64,000 nt of DNA from Bacteriovoracaceae bacterium. Lineage in GTDB: Bacteria; Bdellovibrionota; Bacteriovoracia; Bacteriovoracales; Bacteriovoracaceae. Both the position numbers and the translations under genes were made by a program. The notes under the pieces are model-generated. The model did not search any database, was not told where the DNA came from, and saw nothing but the letters and a program-made list of their open reading frames with translations. The stretch covers positions 1,470,146 through 1,534,145 of the forward strand of contig OZ244226.1 of assembly GCA_965217035.1 (NCBI GenBank), in the 5' to 3' direction. The first letter of the stretch is position 1, and each line of letters begins with the position of its first letter. Shown here piece after piece: positions 50,813 to 59,873 of the stretch.

Positions 50813-51517
50813 CTATAATGTTGTAACAGTCTGACTTTCACTTTTCTTAGTTACATTATTACCTGCTTTTTCATCAGAAGAATGACTTTCTGTATAGAAA
50901 AGAAAATCATGATAAATTTCCGAAGCTGACTCAGTTAAGGCCCTAACAATTTTCTCTGTCTTATTTTGAAAAACAGCATAGGCAACAAGTGCTGGAATTG
51001 CAGCAACAAGCCCAAAAGCTGTCGAGTTAAGTGCTTCTGAAATACCTTGTGAAAGGAGATTTGCTCTCTCAACAGGTGAAGCAGCAGCAACACCAGCAAA
51101 TGAACTGATCAGACCTGTAACTGTTCCAAGGAGACCAAATAAAGTTGCAACGTTACCAAACATCGATAGAAACCCGGTTCTCTTATCAATGTTTGAAATT
51201 TCTTTTGAAAGCTGTTCATCCATTCGCGCCTGAAGAGCTTCATCTCCTGCACCTGCTCTTCTCAGTTTACAAGCAGTCGATGAAATACGACCAATACTGG
51301 TATCACCAGCACTCATTTCAATATAATCTTGAGCCGATTTAAAATCTCCAGCAGCAATAAAACCTAAAATGTTTTTTCTAAAATCTATTGGAGCTTTTTT
51401 AATCTTTATATAGAGAGCAAGAAAACGGTCAATCGTAAAACCAATTGTTAACAAACCAAAAATGAGAATGAAGTACATGAAGAATCCACCGGCGTGGAAC
51501 TGCTCTATTAAATTCAT
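50813..51517 (-). CDS. MotA/TolQ/ExbB proton-channel subunit, AglR-like
   Basis: GGFFMYFI, ATLFGLLGTVTGLI, GISEALNSTAFGLVAAIP; AAGGAG RBS. Confidence 0.92.
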   Translation of the reverse strand: MNLIEQFHAGGFFMYFILIFGLLTIGFTIDRFLALYIKIKKAPIDFRKNILGFIAAGDFKSAQDYIEMSAGDTSIGRISSTACKLRRAGAGDEALQARMDEQLSKEISNIDKRTGFLSMFGNVATLFGLLGTVTGLISSFAGVAAASPVERANLLSQGISEALNSTAFGLVAAIPALVAYAVFQNKTEKIVRALTESASEIYHDFLFYTESHSSDEKAGNNVTKKSESQTVTTL

Positions 51518-51767
51518 ATCAGAAACTCCTTTTTCATGAATATAACTAACGAATACACTTCAGTTTTTAGTACCAGGGTAAATCTGTCAATAAACCATGT
51601 TAAGAAGTTTCTCTTTGTAAGATGAAAGTAGTAGAGCATAAAAGTCAGCTTAGGTGAAATTTAGTTTTTCTAAGCTTGGACAACTATGATTATAATTTAA
51701 CTTTTTAAAAATAAGTCTTAGTCTTTTAATCGGATTCAAAAAAAAGATAATTTTCTGACCTAAGAAA

Positions 51768-52109
51768 TCAAATTTTAATGGATTTTAGTAAGTTTTTAAT
51801 TCTTTTACGGTTTGTTCCGAGATCAGAATGACCCACTCGAGACTTTGACTTGAAATGCAAAAGTTCTGCCGATTGATCATAAAAAAACTCTACATCATCT
51901 TTAAATCGAAAAATCTTTGTCGTTGCAACACCATGAAGATAATTTTCAGACTCTTCAACAATTTCAATCTTTTTCTTTTTAAAAACTTTCTTAAGTATAG
52001 GGATAGGATTCGTTTTTATTTTTAAAGGTTCAAAATAAGACTTTTCAGATTTTTCATTAAGACTACAAACACAATTTGGCTTTGATCCACAAGGTTCAAT
52101 TGATTTCAC
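51768..52109 (-). CDS. DUF1499-family protein
   Basis: PCGSKPNCVCS, FRFKDDVEF, SRVGHSDLGTNRKR. Confidence 0.85.
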   Translation of the reverse strand: MKSIEPCGSKPNCVCSLNEKSEKSYFEPLKIKTNPIPILKKVFKKKKIEIVEESENYLHGVATTKIFRFKDDVEFFYDQSAELLHFKSKSRVGHSDLGTNRKRIKNLLKSIKI

Positions 52110-52684
52110 ACAAACCTCTCATCCAACTTAAAGTTTTCCATTTTTCTTGGAGTTATTCCCTTATAATACTCCATAACTTCTTTCATAACTTTTTCATATC
52201 CATTACCACTTTCTATGGCTTTACCAAAATGTGCAATTTTATTTTTATAATCAAGGTGGCCTGGAACAATAGGAACACCAGCCGCTTTAGCAACATAAAA
52301 GAAACCGGACTTCCATTTGGTAACGGCTTTTCTTGTCCCCTCTGGCGTCACTAATAAACAAATTTCATCTCTATCATCAAAGACTCGAGCCAAAATATCG
52401 GTTTGTTTTTCACCTGTTTTTCTTGCACGATCAATACCTATAGCACCAAGGTTTTTCATTAATGTTTTAAAAGGAAATCGAAGCCATTCTTTTTTAATTG
52501 TAAAATTCAAACTAAACTCGGTATAACCAAATGCTCCCATCCCATAAACAAAGTCCCAATTAGATGTATGGCCACCACCTAGTAGAATAAATTTAGGATA
52601 TTTTCTATAGTCGAATTCACAAACGAATTTCCAACCACGTAACCAAAAGTAAAACTTAAATGTTTTGAGCAACAACCAAGCCAT
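52106..52684 (-). CDS. PlsC-family acyltransferase
   Basis: HTSNWD (HxxxxD), TPEGTR, WKSGF. Confidence 0.9.
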   Translation of the reverse strand: MAWLLLKTFKFYFWLRGWKFVCEFDYRKYPKFILLGGGHTSNWDFVYGMGAFGYTEFSLNFTIKKEWLRFPFKTLMKNLGAIGIDRARKTGEKQTDILARVFDDRDEICLLVTPEGTRKAVTKWKSGFFYVAKAAGVPIVPGHLDYKNKIAHFGKAIESGNGYEKVMKEVMEYYKGITPRKMENFKLDERFV

Positions 52685-52862
52685 TGAACTCTATTATGCA
52701 TGAAATAGGTGGCAACTTACATCAAAATCTTCACTTTGCATTTAATTGATTCTTATACTCTAATACGAGGTTGACTAAAACAATCGAAATTGAACCTCTG
52801 CATTTTGAACAATAATTTCATAGATGCAACAATTAAATAAAACCATATTTCAAGGATGAAAA

Positions 52863-53711
52863 ATGAAGTTTTTATTTGCTCTTCTAGTCCTCTCTCCACT
52901 TGCTTATCCAAATATTCAATTTAATGAAGAATGCTCTCTTGAAAAAACATTGCGCCCATTTTGCTATCATAAAAGAAAAAGCCCAATCGTTAATGTTGCT
53001 CTTATTCATTACGGAAGTTCCATAGATCTCAATCATTTGCAAAAAATATCTGATTTATTGAAAGTTCGATTCGGAATGGCCACTCAAAACAAACTCGAAG
53101 TTGAAATTTTACATTCAACTATTATCCCTCTTCAAAAAGAATTACCAGAAGACTATTCATTAAATGACATCACAGATAAAAAAAGACTTCATCGCCTCTG
53201 GTACTACGAGAATATCGGAGGCAATGTTCTCAAGGAAGCTTATGAGGAATACAAAAATAGATATTCACACATACTAAGAAAGCTTGATTCTTTACTCGTA
53301 ATCACAGAAGCTCAATTTAATGGTCTTGGTTTAGCCTACGGTCGTGTTTCAGCTACCGAGTACCCCATGGAGATAGCCTGGGCACTTTCCAACCAAGGAC
53401 GCACCGAATATCCAACTGATTACAAAATTGTTGATGAGCTTATTCATGAAATTGGACATAATCTCTTCTTAGGTCATGCTGCAACTCAATGCCAGGATCC
53501 CAAGCTCACCAATGAAGAAAAGCTTAAATGCATTGAAGATTCACCGAATAGCCAAGATGTTATGAGCTATTCTAGAAATAGAAAAGCCGTTGATCAAAAC
53601 CATATGCACAGCTTTGAGCAATGCAACCTAAATATGATTGAAAAAAGCATTGTCCCTAATTTATTAAAAGGAGGAGTCTGGAACTTCAGAAAAAAAGTGC
53701 GTTGCCGATAG
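52863..53711 (+). CDS. secreted metzincin-like zinc metalloprotease
   Basis: Signal peptide, HEIGHNLFLGH zinc motif, DVMSY Met-turn. Confidence 0.7.
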   Translation: MKFLFALLVLSPLAYPNIQFNEECSLEKTLRPFCYHKRKSPIVNVALIHYGSSIDLNHLQKISDLLKVRFGMATQNKLEVEILHSTIIPLQKELPEDYSLNDITDKKRLHRLWYYENIGGNVLKEAYEEYKNRYSHILRKLDSLLVITEAQFNGLGLAYGRVSATEYPMEIAWALSNQGRTEYPTDYKIVDELIHEIGHNLFLGHAATQCQDPKLTNEEKLKCIEDSPNSQDVMSYSRNRKAVDQNHMHSFEQCNLNMIEKSIVPNLLKGGVWNFRKKVRCR

Positions 53712-53963
53712 TCTAAAGATAATTCATACTCAATTTTAATTTTACTGGATCACACTTGTTCATGTGCCACTTGAGTCTCTATACCCTGTGCTAATTTACG
53801 ATAAATGTATCATATAAATTGAGTTTCAATAATCTCTTTAAATTTTTCATTTTTAAGTTCAATCTAACATAAGAAGCTTAAATTAATCCTTTGTAACTTT
53901 GAATAAACACTCCATTGATGTGACAATAGCTCATCAATACATATTCTTATAAACGAGGTTTTC

Positions 53964-54908
53964 ATGAATAAGTTTCTTATGTTAGTGAGTTTTTCATTAT
54001 TTTTCTCATGTCAAAATAGCAATAAAATAACAATTGGCTATCAACTCATGGCAAACCCCTGGAAATATCTCATAAGTTCAGGAAAACTAGATAAAATCGC
54101 GGGGAAAGAGGTTGAATTTAAAAAATTTAATTCCGGAGCTAAGGTTATTAATGCAATGGCCAGCGGAGATGTTGATATTGCAATCGCAGGGTCTACTCCT
54201 ATTGCAGCAGGATTAAGTCAGGGACTTGATATTCAATTGCTTTGGGTCATGGAAATTATTGGAGAAGCCGAAGCCCTTGTTGTTAAAAATGACATAAATT
54301 CGATATCTGACTTAAAAGGAAAAAAAGTTGCAGTTCCTTTTGGATCAACGACTCACTTTCACCTCATGCTTGCTTTCAAAGAAGCCAATATTAACCCAAA
54401 AGATGTGACAATCTTAAATCTTAGCCCTCCATCTATTGTGGCCTCTTGGAAAAAAAATGAAATAAGCGCAGCTTTTGTTTGGTCTCCAGCTCTAGAAGAA
54501 ATTCAAACTGGTGGAAAAGTTATTTTGAATTCTAAAGATATGTCAGAAAAGGGCAATCCCACCTTTGATGGAATTATTGTCAATAAAAGTTTTCTTGCTC
54601 AAAACAAAGGTTTTGTAAAAGCGTTTTTAAATACCCTTATTGAAAATCATCAAGATTATAATTTAAATCCATGGGATAAAACTAACGAAAAAGTCATTGC
54701 TATCGCAAACTTTGTTGGATCTTCTCCTAATAAAGTCGCAAAAACTCTTAAAGGATATATTTTTCCTAATAAATCAAACCACCCAACTAAAGATCTGGGA
54801 GCTATTCTCAAAAACACTGCTATATTCTTAAAAGAACAAGGAAAAATTGAAAGTGTTCTTGAAACCTATGAAGATAAAATCGCCCTCGATATTATTAAAA
54901 GTTTATAA
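53964..54908 (+). CDS. tauA: taurine ABC transporter substrate-binding lipoprotein
   Basis: FSC lipobox, IGYQ..NP, FNSG, GSTP, PFGSTTHF, AFVWSP, PTFD. Confidence 0.85.
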   Translation: MNKFLMLVSFSLFFSCQNSNKITIGYQLMANPWKYLISSGKLDKIAGKEVEFKKFNSGAKVINAMASGDVDIAIAGSTPIAAGLSQGLDIQLLWVMEIIGEAEALVVKNDINSISDLKGKKVAVPFGSTTHFHLMLAFKEANINPKDVTILNLSPPSIVASWKKNEISAAFVWSPALEEIQTGGKVILNSKDMSEKGNPTFDGIIVNKSFLAQNKGFVKAFLNTLIENHQDYNLNPWDKTNEKVIAIANFVGSSPNKVAKTLKGYIFPNKSNHPTKDLGAILKNTAIFLKEQGKIESVLETYEDKIALDIIKSL

Positions 54909-54910
54909 TA

Positions 54911-55675
54911 ATGATTGAAGTCAAGAACATAAATCTTCAATATGAAAACCTAGAGGTTCCTGCACTTAAGGATATCAATCTTAAAATTTCAGAAAAAGAA
55001 TTTGTCGTTATTCTCGGCGCTTCCGGTTGTGGGAAAACTTCTCTTCTTAATTTGATTGCTGGTTTTCTTTTTACAGACTCTGGAGAAATTAGAATAAAAA
55101 ATGAAATTATAAAATCACCTGGCCCTGATCGAGGAGTCGTATTCCAACGAAATGCTCTCATGCCTTGGCTTAGTGTTGAAGATAATATTTTGTTTGGACT
55201 AAAACTCAAAGGCGTTTCAAAAAAAAAGAGAGAAGAAGCACTTGAAGGAGTTTTAAATTGGGTTGATCTTCACGATTTCAAAAAAAACTATATCTATGAA
55301 CTTTCTGGAGGAATGCAACAAAGAGTGGGAATAGCAAGAGCACTTATTGCAGATCCAGAAATACTCTTAATGGATGAACCACTTGGAGCTCTAGACGCTA
55401 TTACGAGACAGGACATTCAGAAAGTCATTCTCGATCTCTGGGTAAAAACGAATAAAACCATTTTAATGATCACTCACAGTATTGAAGAAGCTCTCTTCAT
55501 GGCAACCAAGCTAATTATTATGACTCCTCGTCCCGGTAAAATTCACAAAGATTATAATCTAGATTTCTCAAAGAAATACATTTCTGGTCAAAAAGCACGA
55601 GACATTAAAAGATCCTCTGGATTTATCAGCCTCAAAAATGAAATTCTTGAGATTATTGAAGAGACTTCCCTATGA
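54911..55675 (+). CDS. tauB: taurine ABC transporter ATPase
   Basis: GASGCGKTS, GPDRGVVFQ, LSGGMQQRVGIARAL, MDEP. Confidence 0.85.
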   Translation: MIEVKNINLQYENLEVPALKDINLKISEKEFVVILGASGCGKTSLLNLIAGFLFTDSGEIRIKNEIIKSPGPDRGVVFQRNALMPWLSVEDNILFGLKLKGVSKKKREEALEGVLNWVDLHDFKKNYIYELSGGMQQRVGIARALIADPEILLMDEPLGALDAITRQDIQKVILDLWVKTNKTILMITHSIEEALFMATKLIIMTPRPGKIHKDYNLDFSKKYISGQKARDIKRSSGFISLKNEILEIIEETSL

Positions 55676-56472
55676 GCCCAGCAAAGATCTATCAAGCATT
55701 CCCTAAATTGAACAACAAGAAAGTCATCTGTCTATCGATTTTCAGTGTTTTATCCTTTCTCATTGTATGGATTGCACTAACAGAATTTGGGATTATTCCT
55801 CAAGTTATTTTGCCTTCTCCCTTAATTGTTTTAAAAAAAACAATCGATATTTTTATAAAAGGCTATGCAGACAAAACGTTAATTGAACATCTGGGAATAA
55901 GTCTTTTCCGTGTTTTTGCTTCACTCTTCATTGCAACTTTACTTGCAATTCCTATAGGAATTTTTGTTGCACTCAATGACTATGTTAAGGGATTAGTTGA
56001 TCCGTTTATCGAGTTTTATCGCCCTCTTCCTCCACTGGCCTATCTTCCATTGATTATTATCTGGTTTGGCATTGGAGAATTTTCAAAAATCATTTTAATT
56101 ACATTAGCTATTTTTTCTCCTATTTTTTTAAATACACGAGCTGGAGTTCTTTCCATTCCTCAAGAAAGGGTTAGAGCAGCTCTTTGTTTAGGAGCAAGCA
56201 AGTGGCAAATTATAAAATCGGTTGTCTTTCCAAGCACACTCTATGATATTTTAACAGGAATTAGGATCGGAATTGGATTTGGTTGGACAACATTAGTTGC
56301 AGCAGAAATGGTTGCTGCCAACTCTGGATTAGGTCATATGGTTCTCAGTGCAAGTGAATTTCTCGTTACCGAGGTTGTTATTATCGGCATTATCATAATT
56401 GGAATTGTGGCAATTATCACTGATTTTGCGATGAGGTTTTTGACCGATAAAATTGTACACTGGCACAAATAA
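55672..56472 (+). CDS. tauC: taurine ABC transporter permease
   Basis: EFYRPLPPLAYLPL, WFGIGE, GWTTLVAAEMVAA. Confidence 0.85.
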   Translation: MSPAKIYQAFPKLNNKKVICLSIFSVLSFLIVWIALTEFGIIPQVILPSPLIVLKKTIDIFIKGYADKTLIEHLGISLFRVFASLFIATLLAIPIGIFVALNDYVKGLVDPFIEFYRPLPPLAYLPLIIIWFGIGEFSKIILITLAIFSPIFLNTRAGVLSIPQERVRAALCLGASKWQIIKSVVFPSTLYDILTGIRIGIGFGWTTLVAAEMVAANSGLGHMVLSASEFLVTEVVIIGIIIIGIVAIITDFAMRFLTDKIVHWHK

Positions 56473-56477
56473 AGAGA

Positions 56478-56509
56478 AGCAACCCTCGTATTTAAAAACG
56501 AAGGTTGCT
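56478..56509. terminator. hairpin between convergent tauC and C25 genes
   Basis: AGCAACCCTCGT-atttaaaa-ACGAAGGTTGCT. Confidence 0.7.
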
Positions 56510-56519
56510 CATGATTTTT

Positions 56520-58373
56520 TTAAAGTTTAATTTCTGAATAAACCATACCCTGTCTATGAAAAGAGGCATGACTTACACTTGATCGCTGACCACTAGGAAT
56601 TTTAGCCTCACCTTGTGAGTTAGTCATAACTTTTACGAAATTTTCCTTATTATCGTGGAAAACGACTGTTACACCAGAAAGAGGTGATGTTCTTCCTCTA
56701 GAAACTTTGCTTACAACAACTTTATTACCTTCTCTTCTTAGCTTCACTTTCTTAGGAATAGTATTTCTAACTACCATCGTAGGATCACCAAAAAGGTGGT
56801 ATTGAGCAATATTGTCTCTAGAACTACTTACGTTACCGCTTTTTTCAAAGAGGTAAAGCTGACCACCGATAACAATATCACCTACACGAGTAAGCTTATT
56901 AGCAGCTCTTCTTCTTTCAACCCCAAGTGCCATAGTTGCAGGCGGGTGCCAAGCAACATTTACACTTCCACCATAATAAGCAACTGCACCAATTGGCTGA
57001 CCACCGTTTCCAGTAGCATTCACCCAAGTTGTTCCAAAGTGTCCTTGTTTGTAACGACCATTTTGGCAAGCAACATCAATAATAACTGGTTGAACATCAG
57101 TGTTTGTTAAGTTTTCAATATCACGAATATTGAATCCACCACCGTTAGGCCAGCTGTACCCATCTCCGTGACCTAAGTAAGTGATCCACATGCCGCCAAT
57201 GCCTAAGAGCTTATCAACTTCAAGAGATATCTCTCCACCTAGTTCTGATTCGAATAGGTTCGCTTGTTTTACATTCAGGTTTTCTTCCATATCTGCACCA
57301 ATCATCTGAATGTATTCTTCATCACTTGGACTATTTCCTTCGTTAGAAGCAATTCCGATTGAACGGCTAAAACCTTTTAAATTCTCAAAATGAGCTTTTT
57401 CATAATTAATAATTTTTTCTGTTTGAATTTTAATTTGCTCTGGATTTTCCACAACAAACCGCGAGTAGAAAGCCTCTGGAATAAAATCTTCTTCACTTTT
57501 AGTGAAATACTTCAAGTCACTGGGGGTTCTAGATGATGATCCCGTAGAAACGTATTCCGTTGCAAAAACATTTTCATCTCCAACAAGAACGACATATCCA
57601 AAACTTGTTTCTCTCTTTTTTAGCATAGAACGAAAATACTTCTTAAGTTTTGCAGAATCATTTCCAATACTTTCAAGAGTAACTACTTTTACACTAAATC
57701 CAAGTTTTCTTTTCCAAACAACAAATGGCTTCATTGCAGCCTTGAAAGCTTTTGGTGTAACAACAAGAAGTCTATTATCAACTCCAGAAGAACGGTTTTT
57801 TCTCAGGATACTAGCACTTGTTTTTAATGCTCTAACTCTTGAACGACTTTTTTTGCTAACTTCAACTTTGAGGTTTGAATATAGTATTAGACTGTTACTT
57901 CCTAAAGATTTTGCAGGAACAATTGATAGTTTAGAATAATGCTTCCCTCTAAAATCTCCAAGATAATCTATCTTAATAAGCTTTTTTGGAAAGTCACCTC
58001 GATAATATTTCTGGCTTCGTTTATAACTTGCTCCACCTGATGAACATCGAAGCTTCTTAGGACAAGGCAAAGGAAGAAAGTTATTAATTTTTCTTGCTTC
58101 GCCTTTTGAAGTTTTTACTAAAAAATCCCTTGGTTTTCCTTCTAATAACATTCCAAAAAGTGGAAGGTCTGGAGCACCAGGGATCGAGATCGTTGATAAA
58201 GTTTTAGTTTCGATTTTTTTAAAGGTAGTTCCCCTGATCATTTTATGCTTCACTGACACTTTAGACAGATCAAATGAGACCCTAATATTGTTTCCCACTC
58301 TTTTAACATTTACTTCCTTAGCGAATGTCGAAAAAGCGAGAAAAAATAATACAATTCCAGATAAATAATTCAT
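56520..58373 (-). CDS. C25 (gingipain-family) cysteine peptidase with propeptide
   Basis: Signal peptide, PGAPDLP propeptide, YVVLVGD, SDLKY, YLGHG (His), DVACQNG (Cys), LFGDP. Confidence 0.88.
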   Translation of the reverse strand: MNYLSGIVLFFLAFSTFAKEVNVKRVGNNIRVSFDLSKVSVKHKMIRGTTFKKIETKTLSTISIPGAPDLPLFGMLLEGKPRDFLVKTSKGEARKINNFLPLPCPKKLRCSSGGASYKRSQKYYRGDFPKKLIKIDYLGDFRGKHYSKLSIVPAKSLGSNSLILYSNLKVEVSKKSRSRVRALKTSASILRKNRSSGVDNRLLVVTPKAFKAAMKPFVVWKRKLGFSVKVVTLESIGNDSAKLKKYFRSMLKKRETSFGYVVLVGDENVFATEYVSTGSSSRTPSDLKYFTKSEEDFIPEAFYSRFVVENPEQIKIQTEKIINYEKAHFENLKGFSRSIGIASNEGNSPSDEEYIQMIGADMEENLNVKQANLFESELGGEISLEVDKLLGIGGMWITYLGHGDGYSWPNGGGFNIRDIENLTNTDVQPVIIDVACQNGRYKQGHFGTTWVNATGNGGQPIGAVAYYGGSVNVAWHPPATMALGVERRRAANKLTRVGDIVIGGQLYLFEKSGNVSSSRDNIAQYHLFGDPTMVVRNTIPKKVKLRREGNKVVVSKVSRGRTSPLSGVTVVFHDNKENFVKVMTNSQGEAKIPSGQRSSVSHASFHRQGMVYSEIKL

Positions 58374-58662
58374 GTTTTCCCCTCTTTGGTCCAAAATAAT
58401 AGACATTTATAGACTTTGTTTAGAAGGATAATGGGAGGCTTGAGTATTTTAGTCAAGGAATTGGCTTAAGCATTTAAGAAGATGTAAGAAACTTTTGACG
58501 ACTCATTTTTCATCGTTTTTTCTTCTTTACTTCATAATAGATCAGGGCAATTAAGAATATATACCTTCTCCAACTTTTGAGCTTCTTCATAACCCTAAAA
58601 ACACTTCGGGCGATAAAAACTTAGTAATTCCAAGTATCTATCACCCTTAGTAAATTCAAATA

Positions 58663-58751
58663 TGGCGGAGACGGCGAGATTCGAACTCGCGGAACGCAGA
58701 ACGCTCGGACCCTTAGCAAGGGCCTGGTTTCAGCCACTCACCCACGTCTCC
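58663..58751 (-). tRNA. tRNA-Ser(GCT)
   Basis: GGAGACG/CGTCTCC acceptor stem, GGCCC-tt-GCT-aa-GGGTC, long variable arm, encoded CCA. Confidence 0.97.
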
Positions 58752-58849
58752 ACGTAAGCTCAATTATGGTGAAATTGTATGCCTGTGAAGTATAGGAAAT
58801 CTCTATTACATTGAAAAGGCTTTAAAGATTCCTTTGTGCAGTCGGAAAC

Positions 58850-59368
58850 TTAGTCTTGCCAAACTGGAGAAAGCTTAAGCCTTGATACATCGTATCCAGC
58901 CTTTCTCGCATCAGTAAAAGCCTTTAGATATTGAAATTTAGAGAACTTAGGAGTTCTTGAAAGAATCCATAAGAACTTTTTCTCAGGATGACCCACAAGA
59001 GCATATTCATAATCTTTACCAAGAGCAATAATCCAGTAAGGACCAGCGAAAAGCCCAAATTTCTTAAAAAATGGAACAAAGCTTACTTTTAATTTAGAAT
59101 TCGTTCTCTTGTCAGTTACAAAAGCTCGCCCTCGGGCAACCTGCAGCTTTTTCTTTCCATTCTTGCGTTTACAAATATTTTTAACCTTTACGAAATTTTG
59201 GTTTTTACTCAATGTATATTCAACTTTTGTTTCGAGACAATTTTTTTGAAAATTATTTTCATAACGAGCAATCTCGTACCATGTCCCCATATATCTTTCT
59301 AAGTCCACATTAAGTGAAAAACTACTTGATGAAACCATTCCCAAAGCGATGAAAATTATTTTTTTCAT
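58850..59368 (-). CDS. blc: lipocalin Blc-family protein
   Basis: VDLERYMGTWYEIAR, LKVSF, YWII, LWILSRTP. Confidence 0.9.
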   Translation of the reverse strand: MKKIIFIALGMVSSSSFSLNVDLERYMGTWYEIARYENNFQKNCLETKVEYTLSKNQNFVKVKNICKRKNGKKKLQVARGRAFVTDKRTNSKLKVSFVPFFKKFGLFAGPYWIIALGKDYEYALVGHPEKKFLWILSRTPKFSKFQYLKAFTDARKAGYDVSRLKLSPVWQD

Positions 59369-59546
59369 ATTACCTCCAATATCTGAACCATAAGTTTGAA
59401 TGAGCGGAATGAAAAGCGATCGAATAGATGTCTAAAGAACCTTTATCAACCATGTTTTAAACAACGAGATGCATAATATTTTTCTCAAATAATAAATAAT
59501 CTATTAAGGTAGCCCTTCAATTATTTAAATATAACAAGGAGTTCTT

Positions 59547-59819
59547 ATGGATAAAATCAACGCCCAGCACATACTGGTAGAGCATGAACACGAAGCCCAA
59601 GACTTAGTAAAAAAACTGGAAGATGGAAAAACTTTTGAAGAGCTTGCAAAAGATTTTTCAAAATGTCCTTCTGGTAAAAGCGGTGGGAATCTCGGCGAAT
59701 TTGGAAAAGGAATGATGGTTGCCCCTTTCGAAACTGCAGCCTTCGCACTTGAAGTAGGCCAAACATCAGGACCAGTTCAAACTCAATTTGGTTATCACCT
59801 CATTAAAAGAATCGCATAA
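59547..59819 (+). CDS. ppiC: parvulin peptidyl-prolyl isomerase
   Basis: AQHILV, SKCPSGKSGGNLGEF, MVAPFE, TQFGYHLI. Confidence 0.95.
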   Translation: MDKINAQHILVEHEHEAQDLVKKLEDGKTFEELAKDFSKCPSGKSGGNLGEFGKGMMVAPFETAAFALEVGQTSGPVQTQFGYHLIKRIA

Positions 59820-59823
59820 AAAA

Positions 59824-59845
59824 AGGCCCTCTTTTCAGAGGGCCT
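59824..59845. terminator. bidirectional intrinsic terminator
   Basis: AGGCCCTCT-tttc-AGAGGGCCT flanked by A and T runs. Confidence 0.85.
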
Positions 59846-59873
59846 AATTTTTAATTATATTTCAAATTTATAA

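Noticed and set aside
51562..51590. Promoter for the Agl-Glt operon (perfect TTGACA on minus strand)
   Set aside because: The -10 at 17-bp spacing is only AAAACT, too weak to call without TSS data.
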